Part shown: one piece after another, positions 37,654 to 46,286 of the stretch
Layout of the letters: the number at the start of each line of letters is the position of its first letter
Position numbering within the stretch: the first letter of the stretch is position 1
Source: an uncultured Candidatus Saccharibacteria bacterium
GTDB taxonomy: Bacteria; Patescibacteriota; Saccharimonadia; Saccharimonadales; JAGQNJ01
Length of the DNA stretch: 64,000 nucleotides
NCBI GenBank assembly: GCA_964493895.1
Contig: CAZBPY010000003.1
Location: forward strand, 102,146-166,145
Direction of reading: 5' to 3'
Notes under the pieces: generated by a model
What the model saw: the letters and a program-made list of their open reading frames with translations, nothing else
Databases searched by the model: none
Told to the model about the DNA's origin: nothing
Made by a program: the position numbers and the translations under genes

Positions 37654-37929
37654 GTGGAAATAACAAACACACCAGAACATAATTTCCCAAATACAGGGGT
37701 TTACGAGCACTACAAAAGTACACCTGAAGACAGACGATACTGTCAGGTGTTAGGTTTTGCTAGACACACCGAAACAGATGAAATTCTGACAGTATATATA
37801 CCCCTTTACGTTATTCCAGAGCACAGTGGCTTGCGATTGCAAGTAAGGCCATTGGATATGTTTATGGAGTCTGTTGAGCACGAAGGGCAGACAATGCCAC
37901 GATTTCGTTACATTGGGCCAGAATTATAG
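37654..37929 (+). CDS. DUF1653-domain protein
   Basis: GVYEHYK...Y.V...ARHTETDE..VVY..LY...RPLDMF pattern. Confidence 0.6.
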   Translation: MEITNTPEHNFPNTGVYEHYKSTPEDRRYCQVLGFARHTETDEILTVYIPLYVIPEHSGLRLQVRPLDMFMESVEHEGQTMPRFRYIGPEL

Positions 37930-38013
37930 TTGCAATAGTTTGCACCTTGCTCCTCCAATTCGGTGTTATGGATGGTTGCATTTTGACCAGTTGCTTTATA
38001 ATAAAGCGTAAGC

Positions 38014-38421
38014 ATGAAACAAGTTAGAGCCAGGAGTAATCAGTCAGGGTTCACTTTGGTGGAGCTGGTGATTACAGTTTTGGTGCTGGGAATTGTTTTA
38101 ACCAGTGTTATCACCCTGTTCGTTAACATCCAGCAAGCTCAAACCCATACCCGTTACCTAGAGACGGCAACTTACGCGGCGCAGGCCGAAATCGAGACGC
38201 TGCGTAATCTCAACTACAACAATTTGGTGCCTGGCGAAAGCATTGATTTCACTAGCCAGCTGCCGGATAGCTTGCCGCCCGGGGCCACCGGCACCGTCAC
38301 CGTCAGCGAACCGGTCGCCGGCCTGCGCCGCGTCGACGTTGACGTTAGCTATAGCTATAAAGGTAAAGACCGGACCGTATCGCTTAGTTCATTAATCGGT
38401 GTGTTAGGAATTACTCAATGA
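38014..38421 (+). CDS. Minor (pseudo)pilin with prepilin N-terminal methylation motif
   Basis: QSGFTLVELVITVLVLGIV. Confidence 0.8.
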   Translation: MKQVRARSNQSGFTLVELVITVLVLGIVLTSVITLFVNIQQAQTHTRYLETATYAAQAEIETLRNLNYNNLVPGESIDFTSQLPDSLPPGATGTVTVSEPVAGLRRVDVDVSYSYKGKDRTVSLSSLIGVLGITQ

Positions 38422-39080
38422 AACAACGACTTGATACTAGGGGGTTTACGGTCACCGAACTGGCCGTGACCATCGTTGTTCTCGGAGTGTTGCTGACGGT
38501 GGTGTTTAGTTTTATGACCGGCAGCCTCCAACAATATGCTAACGACACTAACCGAGCTAATTTGCTCAACAGTGCTCAGACAGGATTTGAGACAATCACC
38601 AATGACATCCGCCTAAGCGCTAATGCTGGTGTTAATAACCGCTGGCCGGATGCTAATGCTCCGGACAATGAATTTGGCTGGACTAGCGACTCTGACACTT
38701 TGGTGCTGGCGGCTGCTACCGAAGACACTAGCGGCAATATCATTTTTGCTGATCCGGCTAATTATATTTCTCAAAAGAATAATGTCATTTATTTCCTGGA
38801 TAACGGCACTTTGTATCGGCGTACCCTGGCGGCTCCCGAGGAAAATAATGCAGCTAAGACTACTTGCCCAAGTTCAGTGGCCAGCACTAGTTGTCCGGCT
38901 GATCGAGTAGTATTGGAAAACGTTTTGGAGTTCCAGGTTAAATACATTGATGAGCAAGACAATGAAGTAGCACCAACCGATGCTCGAGCTATCGAATTGT
39001 ACGCTAAGTTAGAAAAGAAAGCTTTTTCTCAGCCGGTGACTGTTGATTATACGACAAGGATGGTATTTAGAAATGATTAG
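38418..39080 (+). CDS. Minor pilin (PilW-like) with prepilin motif
   Basis: RGFTVTELAVTIVVLGVLL. 4-nt overlap with the upstream gene. Confidence 0.75.
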   Translation: MKQRLDTRGFTVTELAVTIVVLGVLLTVVFSFMTGSLQQYANDTNRANLLNSAQTGFETITNDIRLSANAGVNNRWPDANAPDNEFGWTSDSDTLVLAAATEDTSGNIIFADPANYISQKNNVIYFLDNGTLYRRTLAAPEENNAAKTTCPSSVASTSCPADRVVLENVLEFQVKYIDEQDNEVAPTDARAIELYAKLEKKAFSQPVTVDYTTRMVFRND

Positions 39081-40491
39081 TTTAAAGCGACTAAAAGGCC
39101 TCGGCGGCAACCAACAGGGCATGATTTTAGTCGGCGTATTTCTGATTGTCGGCGCCTTGATGATAATCGGCATATCGCTGGCAGGCTATACCATGAGCCA
39201 ATACACTCTGGCCAACCGTAAAGTCAGCAGCACTAATGCCAACATGGTGGCCGAAGCCGGCATTGAACAAACCATGCAAGCCCTAAATGAAGATGACAAC
39301 TTCGCCGGCTTTACTACAGAGCAAGAATTTTTCAATAACCAAATCCAAGGCCGCGGAACCTTCACTACCACTGTTGAAAATGCCGAAGGATCCAATACAA
39401 AAATCATCACTTCGACTGGCAATGTATACCGGTCAGAGCAGCAAACTGACCCGCAAGCTACACGCAAGATTAAAGTCACAGTTGTTGGCACCACCTCCGA
39501 AGGTCACTCTGTCCACAGCGGACCTGGCGGACTGATATTGGGCGGTTCGGCTAATATAACCAACTCTGATGTTTATGTTGGCGGCACCATCACCATGACC
39601 GGAGCGGCTCGCATCGGCACCCATTCGCAACCACTTAGCGTAAATGTTGCTCATCAAACTTGTCCGCCCGGCAATAATCCCGGAGCTGCCTACCCAATGG
39701 TATGTAGTTCCGGTCAACCGATCAGCCTCCAGTGGAGCACCTACATCTACGGCAGTGTTTGTGCGACCGGCCAAACCAGTTATGGACCCAACCCAAGTCA
39801 TAATATATTACCCGGCAATGGTGGACAGGGTTTGATTTTGGGCTGCACCGCTGATCCAGTCTCTCCGCCGGAATATGATCGAGCTGCCCATATCGCCGCC
39901 ATGACTCAAACCGGCGCTGGCAACAGCAACACCTATGTTTGCAATCAATGGCCATTTGAGCGCAGCTGGCCAGCCAATTTAAAACTGGAAGGCAATGTAA
40001 CTATCGGTGGTGCCTGCGATCTGACCATCAACGGCAATGTTTATATAACTGGTAATTTAACAATTAATGGAGCAGCTCGAATTCGGATATCGAATTCAGT
40101 CGGTGATACACGGCCGGTGATTGTGGTTGATGGCAATATTACCGTCGGCGGTTCGGCTCAGCTGATTGCCAATAGCTCGGGTACTGGTGCTCACTTCATT
40201 AGTTTTCGTACAAATGCTGCCTGTAATCCAAATTGTACAAATCTGAGCGGTAATGATCTTAAGAATTCACAAAGTCTGCAGACAGTGACAGTCGGCGGCG
40301 CCGCCAATTTGCCCGGTATGATTTTCCAATCTTATTGGGGCAAAATTGTCCTAACCGGCAGCGGCAACCTCGGCGCCGCCGCCGGCCAAACCATCGACCT
40401 ATCCGGAGCCGGTACCATCACCTTCGGCACCAATCTATCATCTGGCCAGCGCAGCTGGACAATCACTAGCTATCAGCAAGTTTTCGACTAA
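39073..40491 (+). CDS. Large PilX-like minor pilin / putative pilus tip protein
   Basis: Start ATG 39073 (MISLKRLKG) overlaps the upstream stop by 8 nt. One TM segment. YTMSQYTLANRKV is PilX_N-like. The C-terminus has Gly-rich beta-helix-like repeats (VYVGGTITMTG, NVYITGNLTINGAA). Confidence 0.6.
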   Translation: MISLKRLKGLGGNQQGMILVGVFLIVGALMIIGISLAGYTMSQYTLANRKVSSTNANMVAEAGIEQTMQALNEDDNFAGFTTEQEFFNNQIQGRGTFTTTVENAEGSNTKIITSTGNVYRSEQQTDPQATRKIKVTVVGTTSEGHSVHSGPGGLILGGSANITNSDVYVGGTITMTGAARIGTHSQPLSVNVAHQTCPPGNNPGAAYPMVCSSGQPISLQWSTYIYGSVCATGQTSYGPNPSHNILPGNGGQGLILGCTADPVSPPEYDRAAHIAAMTQTGAGNSNTYVCNQWPFERSWPANLKLEGNVTIGGACDLTINGNVYITGNLTINGAARIRISNSVGDTRPVIVVDGNITVGGSAQLIANSSGTGAHFISFRTNAACNPNCTNLSGNDLKNSQSLQTVTVGGAANLPGMIFQSYWGKIVLTGSGNLGAAAGQTIDLSGAGTITFGTNLSSGQRSWTITSYQQVFD

Positions 40492-40985
40492 TCCTTCTTG
40501 TTTCGCTTTTTGTGCCGGTCATTGCCTTCGCCGCGGCTTAGAACCCACAGAGCTACCAACTGCACCAGCACAACACCCCCGATAATCAGGCCACTAGTGT
40601 CCATTAGACTACGGCCCAAAGGGACTTGGCCGATAATTTCCTGGATGTTATGCGGCAGGACCGGCAAAACAAAGGCCGCATAAACCACGCTTGTTATAAC
40701 CAGCGGAAATATATTCAAAACACCCTTAGTCCGTGAGATTCCGCCTTTTAGAATCAAAGCTGTCAAAACAATCGGCAGAGTAATTACAATCGCCTCGGCA
40801 TAGTGGGTCAAGTTGCCATTTTTAAAGGTGTTATCGATGAAGCTTTCAACTTCGTGTCCGAAATAACGGCCCAGCAGTTCACCGGCCATAACGCTGAAAA
40901 ACAGGTGTGAAGCGCTAACCCTAAAAAAGAATCCGAAAAATACCGGTAAGCCCAGTACCGCGCCAAGGATAATATACGGAAGCAT
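40488..40985 (-). CDS. Hypothetical polytopic membrane protein
   Basis: Hydrophobic throughout. Last gene of the ATP-grasp operon. Confidence 0.5.
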   Translation of the reverse strand: MLPYIILGAVLGLPVFFGFFFRVSASHLFFSVMAGELLGRYFGHEVESFIDNTFKNGNLTHYAEAIVITLPIVLTALILKGGISRTKGVLNIFPLVITSVVYAAFVLPVLPHNIQEIIGQVPLGRSLMDTSGLIIGGVVLVQLVALWVLSRGEGNDRHKKRNKKD

Positions 40986-41023
40986 AAGCCTAATGATACC
41001 AGAGGCAGACTTAAAACTGGAGC

Positions 41024-41518
41024 CTAAAACTGCAGGCGACTGCCCCTAGACAGCCGCATCTCGGCGGCTACACCGGAATTGACCTCAATCACATACCTAG
41101 CCGGCTGATCCGGACAAAATGTCTCCGGATAACTGTCTGGGTGGGCATTTTCTTGAATCTTAGTCACTCGCCGGTCTTCATCCAGCCAAATAATATCAAG
41201 TGAGAATTTCATGTCTTTCATCCAAATGCAATGCTGGCCGGGCTGGTCAAAATCAAATAGCATCCCTTGACCGCGCGGCATCGATTGGCGACCGGACAGC
41301 CCCTTCCGGCGAGATTCTTCGGTATCCACCCTTTCCAGACTTAATCCAATTCGGTTTTCAGCTTGCTGCATCCGGATAATAAATAGCCACGCAGTACCAA
41401 CGACGAGTACCACACCTGCCACAATCAACCATCCAAAACGCTTCGGTTTTTGTTTGGGTTTAGGCGCCGACTCGGTCTTTGCGCCGAGTTCGCTTAACAT
41501 TTTGTTCGACATACTCAA
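41024..41518 (-). CDS. DUF192-domain protein with N-terminal TM anchor
   Basis: GLSGRQSMPRGQGMLFDF...IWMKDMKFSLDIIWLD pattern. All candidate starts (41518, 41512, 41500) overlap the rimK 3' end. Confidence 0.6.
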   Translation of the reverse strand: MSMSNKMLSELGAKTESAPKPKQKPKRFGWLIVAGVVLVVGTAWLFIIRMQQAENRIGLSLERVDTEESRRKGLSGRQSMPRGQGMLFDFDQPGQHCIWMKDMKFSLDIIWLDEDRRVTKIQENAHPDSYPETFCPDQPARYVIEVNSGVAAEMRLSRGSRLQF

Positions 41519-42365
41519 TAATTTTACCAGCTACATTACGGCCAGTAACACTTTCAACACTGTTGAGTCCAGGACTGGAATTCACTTCCAACACCAACGG
41601 TCCGCGTTCGCTGCGCACCATGTCAACACCGCAAATCGGCAGACCCATGGCTCGGGCCGCCTTCTGAGCCGTCTTGCGTTCTTCCTCGGTCAGTTTAACT
41701 GTTTGGGCTTCGCCGCCCTGGTGCAAGTTCGATCTGAAGTCATCATCCAGACTCTGACGTTTGACGGCCGCAACTACTTTACCGCCGACGATGAAGACCC
41801 GGATGTCGGCTCCGTCAGCTTCATCAATAAATTCTTGGACCAAAAAGTTCACGCCCTCGACGTAGAAGGCTTGCATTACGGCTTCGGCAGCTTTTTTGGT
41901 TTCAGCCAGCACCACACCGCGACCATGAGTCCCTCGAGCTACTTTAATAATTAGCGGTGTACCGCCGGCCTGGGCAATAACGTCCTCGACATCAGCTGTC
42001 TCACGAGCAAAGACCGTTTTGGGAATTCCCACCCCAGCCTTAGCCAAAATCTGAGTCGCCCGCAGTTTGTCCCTAGTTCGGTTGATGGCCAGCGAGCTGG
42101 CGGTCGAAAAAACACCCTGCATTTCAAACTGACGCAACATGGCCGTGCCGTACTTGGTCAGCCCAGCTGCAATTCGCGGAATAACCACATCGATATCGGT
42201 CAAGGCTTCACCTTCGTAGCGAACAACCGGCACGTTTTGCTCGATGGTCACATAGCACCGGGCATAGTTAATCACCCGAACATTATGCCCGCGCAGCTTG
42301 GCCTCTTCTTTAAGGCGCTTGGTTGAATAATTTCCTGGGCCCTTGGATAAAATTGCTATATTCAT
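41460..42365 (-). CDS. rimK: RimK-family alpha-L-glutamate ligase (ATP-grasp)
   Basis: MNIAILS..., PLIIKVARGTHGRGV, and EVNSSPGL at the C-terminus. Confidence 0.8.
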   Translation of the reverse strand: MNIAILSKGPGNYSTKRLKEEAKLRGHNVRVINYARCYVTIEQNVPVVRYEGEALTDIDVVIPRIAAGLTKYGTAMLRQFEMQGVFSTASSLAINRTRDKLRATQILAKAGVGIPKTVFARETADVEDVIAQAGGTPLIIKVARGTHGRGVVLAETKKAAEAVMQAFYVEGVNFLVQEFIDEADGADIRVFIVGGKVVAAVKRQSLDDDFRSNLHQGGEAQTVKLTEEERKTAQKAARAMGLPICGVDMVRSERGPLVLEVNSSPGLNSVESVTGRNVAGKIIEYVEQNVKRTRRKDRVGA

Positions 42366-42368
42366 GAC

Positions 42369-42848
42369 TTACTCCAGATCTTCTTCATCGCTTGGCAATT
42401 TAATTCCAAAGCGCTTTTTTATTGCTTGGCGATCAAGATTAGAACTGGCTACATCAACTAGAAATCGACCGCTTAGCAGTTTCCGGCCAATCAGCACCGG
42501 AAACAAATTGTTCGACCTATCAGCTAAAGTAAATGAGGTATTAAAAATTTTTGGTCCGACTTTGACTCTCAGTGTTACTTCATACCGATTTTCTTCCTGA
42601 CCAAATGAATTGGTGACATTCACCTGACTAAAATCAGCTGTTTGAAAAGCTCGCTTAACCGGGCTGGCAGGATGTCCCAATAAATTACAGGTCAAAACCT
42701 TCTGTCCATCCTGATTGCGAACTTTGAAATCAGTAGCATGAATAGATGAGCGAAATGCTCCTGTGTCAACCTTGGCCGGCACACCCAAAGCCACATCGAT
42801 AACATCGACGGGCTCGTTTCGACTGATGATAACTTTGTACTTGCTCAT
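42369..42848 (-). CDS. RimK-associated retropepsin-like protease (PF05618-type, annotated as ATP-dependent zinc protease)
   Basis: VPAKVDTGAFRSSIHA motif. Sits immediately upstream of rimK. Confidence 0.6.
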   Translation of the reverse strand: MSKYKVIISRNEPVDVIDVALGVPAKVDTGAFRSSIHATDFKVRNQDGQKVLTCNLLGHPASPVKRAFQTADFSQVNVTNSFGQEENRYEVTLRVKVGPKIFNTSFTLADRSNNLFPVLIGRKLLSGRFLVDVASSNLDRQAIKKRFGIKLPSDEEDLE

Positions 42849-42850
42849 GC

Positions 42851-43843
42851 CTACTCTTCCTCCTCATTATAGTCGCCTTCGTCAATTCGCTTGTTAAAGT
42901 AGTCATTGATAGCTACGACTTTCTCTTCACTGTAAGAACTGGCTTCAATCTGAGGTGATCGGTTTACTTCAAAGAAGGCGAACGTTTGGTTGTCGCGGTT
43001 GTCAACGACCAAATCAACACCGGCCAGGTTACGTTTGAAGACTTTGGCTGCCTTAATCGAAGCCTGTTGCATTTCCGGCGTCAATACATCCTTACTCACA
43101 ATCGTGGCTGTACCACCTTTAGAAGTATTATTAGTGTGACTCTTGCCATTTGACTTACGGTGTATGACCAGCAAAATATTGTCATCAGCAACCAGCACAC
43201 GATAATCACCATCATTCGGTATGAATTCTTGGATCATAAAACTGACTTGGGGATTAGCCTTAACTAACTCCAAAGCCTGTTTTTTGTCACCAACCAAGTA
43301 ATTATCATTGCCGCGGGTAGCCACCCTACCCTTCATAATCAATGGGAAATCAAAGTTTTTGTCAATCTCAGACTCTATCCATTTTCGAACATACCTTTTC
43401 GGAGCAAAAACAGTTTTAGGAAACGGCAAACCATGATCCCACAAACGCCAGTGCTGGGTAACTTTATCCATTGACCCCGGACGATCACTTTCATCATCAA
43501 GAAATGGCACGTGATTGTGTCGTAGATAGGTGGCTACGGCTACAGCCATTTCTGGCATATCACCCCAACGACGCTGGTAGACTAAATCAAACTCAGCCAG
43601 CTTCTTGCCAGACTTGGTGTCCAGAATATAGGCCTCGTCTTTGCCGATTACGTGCAGCAAATCCTCGTAATAGGCGTAGCTGTAATGGGTGTTAGTAGCT
43701 TTAGCTTTTTTGTTAAACAGGGCACAAAGCGTAACAGGATTAGCCTTTTTATGCTTTTTAGCCGAGCTTTCGGTAAATAATAGCAACACCTCGCGCTGAG
43801 GTGTTTTACTGTTGTGACCGGTTTTGGTTTGATGCAATGCCAT
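42851..43843 (-). CDS. Second ATP-grasp ligase with about 130-aa unknown N-terminal extension
   Basis: FPLIMKGRVATRGNDNY, MIQEFIPNDGDYRVLV and FFEVNRSPQIE motifs. Confidence 0.65.
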   Translation of the reverse strand: MALHQTKTGHNSKTPQREVLLLFTESSAKKHKKANPVTLCALFNKKAKATNTHYSYAYYEDLLHVIGKDEAYILDTKSGKKLAEFDLVYQRRWGDMPEMAVAVATYLRHNHVPFLDDESDRPGSMDKVTQHWRLWDHGLPFPKTVFAPKRYVRKWIESEIDKNFDFPLIMKGRVATRGNDNYLVGDKKQALELVKANPQVSFMIQEFIPNDGDYRVLVADDNILLVIHRKSNGKSHTNNTSKGGTATIVSKDVLTPEMQQASIKAAKVFKRNLAGVDLVVDNRDNQTFAFFEVNRSPQIEASSYSEEKVVAINDYFNKRIDEGDYNEEEE

Positions 43844-43896
43844 AACCTATATATTATATCAAATTTTGTGCTTAAAGTCAATGTTATAAGGGGGCA

Positions 43897-44010
43897 TTAG
43901 TGGCTGATAACCCGCCAAAAAACCACAACAACTGCAACTATTATCAACACCAGCAAAACCACTATCTCTGTAATAAAGCCTGCTTGTTTCGGTTCAGGAT
44001 TCGGTGTCAT
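43897..44010 (-). CDS. Possible 37-aa single-TM peptide, or the C-terminus of the upstream ORF
   Basis: MTPNPEPKQAGFITEIVVLLVLIIVAVVVVFWRVISH. Overlaps the upstream ORF by 17 nt. Confidence 0.3.
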   Translation of the reverse strand: MTPNPEPKQAGFITEIVVLLVLIIVAVVVVFWRVISH

Positions 44011-44230
44011 GTTTTTGGATATCATCTGGATGGGGCTTGGCATAGTTGTGGCCTTCCCAACCTTCGACGGCCTCAGCAATGACATCCGCCGGTGGCAATG
44101 TCGTAACCTCAGGATCAAAATCGTTTGGGTCTAGCTCTGTACGAGGAGCATCTGGCTCTCCTGGCGGAATAGTGGTCTGTTGATCGCCGTCGATTACTTC
44201 AATTTTAGCCATGTTGTTATTATAATCCAA
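43994..44230 (-). CDS. Small acidic hypothetical protein
   Basis: 78-aa ORF rich in Asp, Glu and Pro. Lies downstream of the sortase gene. Confidence 0.4.
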   Translation of the reverse strand: MDYNNNMAKIEVIDGDQQTTIPPGEPDAPRTELDPNDFDPEVTTLPPADVIAEAVEGWEGHNYAKPHPDDIQKHDTES

Positions 44231-44252
44231 AGTGCTTAAGGTTCGCTAGTTT

Positions 44253-44909
44253 TTAGGTCTGAAGCAACGGCGAGCCTTCGCCAATCGATTGTTGTGACTC
44301 GGTTTCGAATAACGGCTGGGCCTCGATCACCACTCGACCATCGGCCGAACCTTGCAGGGTACAGGTGTATAGTGTCAGGCGCGGCTCGGCAGTCTCAGCT
44401 TCAATTTCGGTGGCGTCCGGTTTGACCGAATACTGCCGACTCACTTCGTAGTCATACCACTGGCCATCGTAAAAAACCCTTATTTTGTCGCCTTCAGCCA
44501 GCTCGTTGAGCCGATAAAACGGCGAACGGGCTCGGGTGCCCTGTGGCGTTGTACCTAGGAAAAACCGATGAGCGCTTAAGATAAAGTTGCCGCCTTCTTC
44601 TGGATTTCCCCGATCGGAATAACGCCACCAGGCACCTTTTTCCAAAGCCGCCGGCGAAGTGTCGGCAAAGTAGGGCACTTCCAGGTTTATTTTTTCAATC
44701 TGGATGCGGTTGCGATTGTCGTCAGCATCATCAGCTGTGTTGAGATCGATCGGTGAAGAAATCGGTAGGTTTGGCGACTGCGTCAACAACAAAAGATAGC
44801 CGCCAGCAAGCAGTAAAATAACCGCCACTGCAGCAATAATTACTCGACGCCAAGCATTCTTGGACCGACTCGAATCATCATATCGATAAAAGATATTTTT
44901 CTTAGCCAT
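44253..44909 (-). CDS. Sortase-family transpeptidase
   Basis: N-terminal TM segment. LSAHR (catalytic His region) and TLYTC (TLxTC) motifs. Confidence 0.8.
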   Translation of the reverse strand: MAKKNIFYRYDDSSRSKNAWRRVIIAAVAVILLLAGGYLLLLTQSPNLPISSPIDLNTADDADDNRNRIQIEKINLEVPYFADTSPAALEKGAWWRYSDRGNPEEGGNFILSAHRFFLGTTPQGTRARSPFYRLNELAEGDKIRVFYDGQWYDYEVSRQYSVKPDATEIEAETAEPRLTLYTCTLQGSADGRVVIEAQPLFETESQQSIGEGSPLLQT

Positions 44910-44924
44910 TGAATTTCTATTGTA

Positions 44925-46016
44925 CTACAGACCGCTGTTTTTCAGGTCTTCGAGCAGTTGTTTTTGATGACGGTTAAGCTTTCGCGGGGTGTCGACAATC
45001 ACGGTGACGATGTGCGGTCCGCGGCTTTTGGTTTTGAGATGCGGCACACCGTGACCGGTTAGTTTAAAGTCGGTGCCCGACTGGGTGCCGGCCGGCACTT
45101 TCATGGTCACCGTACCATCGACAGTTTCTACCTCGATTTCAGTCCCTAAAGTAGCGTCAACAAATCCGACATGTTCTTCGGAAAGAATAATGTCGCCTTC
45201 ACGAGTGAACTTTTTATGAGCTTTGACTCGGATGTTAACGTAAAGATCACCGCGCTGTCCGCGGGCAATGGCTTCGCCTTTCTCACGCAGACGAATAGTG
45301 GCTCCGTCGTCGATGCCGGCCGGCACTTTCAGTTTGATGGTTTGGCGCTGGCGGGTGACGCCTTTGCCGCGGCAGACTGAGCAAACTTTCTCTGGCACTT
45401 TGCCGGTGCCTTGACACTCGCCGCAGACACTGGCTTGTTGGATGTTACCAAAGACAGTTCGCATGACACGGGTAACTTGGCCGCTGCCTTGGCAGGTTGG
45501 ACAGGTTTTTAGTTCATAGCCGGGCTCCACTGTCGAACCTTTACAGTGTTCACACTCGGCGTGGAGGTTAAGATTCAAGTCTTTTTCAGTTCCGAAAACA
45601 GCTTCTTCAAAAGTTAGTTCGATTTGAGTCTGGACGTCATGTCCGCGCCGTTCGCGCCGGGGGCCGCCGCCTGCTCCACCGCCAAAGAAACTGTTGAAGA
45701 TATCGCCAAGTCCCAGGTCACCAAAATCGAAGTGAACATTTTGGCCGCCGGTGCCGCCGCCAAAGCCCCCGGCGAAAGGATTTCCGTCGCTAGCCGCACT
45801 TGAACCCACGCCGGCATGGCCAAACTGATCATATCGCTGACGTTTTTTATCGTCTTTTAAAACTTCGTAAGCTTCGCTGATTTCTTTGAACTTGGTCTCA
45901 TCGCCGCCTTTATCGGGATGATGTTCAATAGCCAAACGCCGGTAAGCCTTCTTCAACTCATCAGCTGAAGCAGTCTTACCCACTCCCAATACTTCATAGT
46001 AATCTCGTTTAGCCAT
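44925..46016 (-). CDS. dnaJ: Chaperone DnaJ
   Basis: [15 protein letters not shown], a G/F region and four CxxCxGxG motifs. Confidence 0.95.
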   Translation of the reverse strand: MAKRDYYEVLGVGKTASADELKKAYRRLAIEHHPDKGGDETKFKEISEAYEVLKDDKKRQRYDQFGHAGVGSSAASDGNPFAGGFGGGTGGQNVHFDFGDLGLGDIFNSFFGGGAGGGPRRERRGHDVQTQIELTFEEAVFGTEKDLNLNLHAECEHCKGSTVEPGYELKTCPTCQGSGQVTRVMRTVFGNIQQASVCGECQGTGKVPEKVCSVCRGKGVTRQRQTIKLKVPAGIDDGATIRLREKGEAIARGQRGDLYVNIRVKAHKKFTREGDIILSEEHVGFVDATLGTEIEVETVDGTVTMKVPAGTQSGTDFKLTGHGVPHLKTKSRGPHIVTVIVDTPRKLNRHQKQLLEDLKNSGL

Positions 46017-46272
46017 TGTAGAGCTGTTCCTTAATTTGGCGCATGCAGACATTGTAGGCCCAGTTTATTTCATAGTCATCGAAGCCATAACGAACCTGCA
46101 GATACATGCTAGTTTTTTCAAAGTCAAGTGAGCCTAATGGAAAATCCGGCGAAACCTCACCCAGCATCATGTGACGAACCGCTGCTTGCAACCGGTGGTC
46201 GTCTGCCGCAGTGTAGACTATGAGTTCTTGGAACCGTTGATCTATCTCTTGGTCACTTATTTCTATACTCAT
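46009..46272 (-). CDS. Hypothetical small protein between dnaK and dnaJ
   Basis: 87-aa ORF. Its 3' end overlaps the dnaJ start by 8 nt. Confidence 0.45.
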   Translation of the reverse strand: MSIEISDQEIDQRFQELIVYTAADDHRLQAAVRHMMLGEVSPDFPLGSLDFEKTSMYLQVRYGFDDYEINWAYNVCMRQIKEQLYNG

Positions 46273-46286
46273 AGTCCGAGTCCTAG

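Noticed and set aside
43994-44909. Sortase substrate (LPXTG sorting signal) next to the sortase gene
   Set aside because: The adjacent small ORFs end in a TM segment plus a basic tail, but there is no LPXTG/LAXTG-like motif before it. No other protein in the window shows one.
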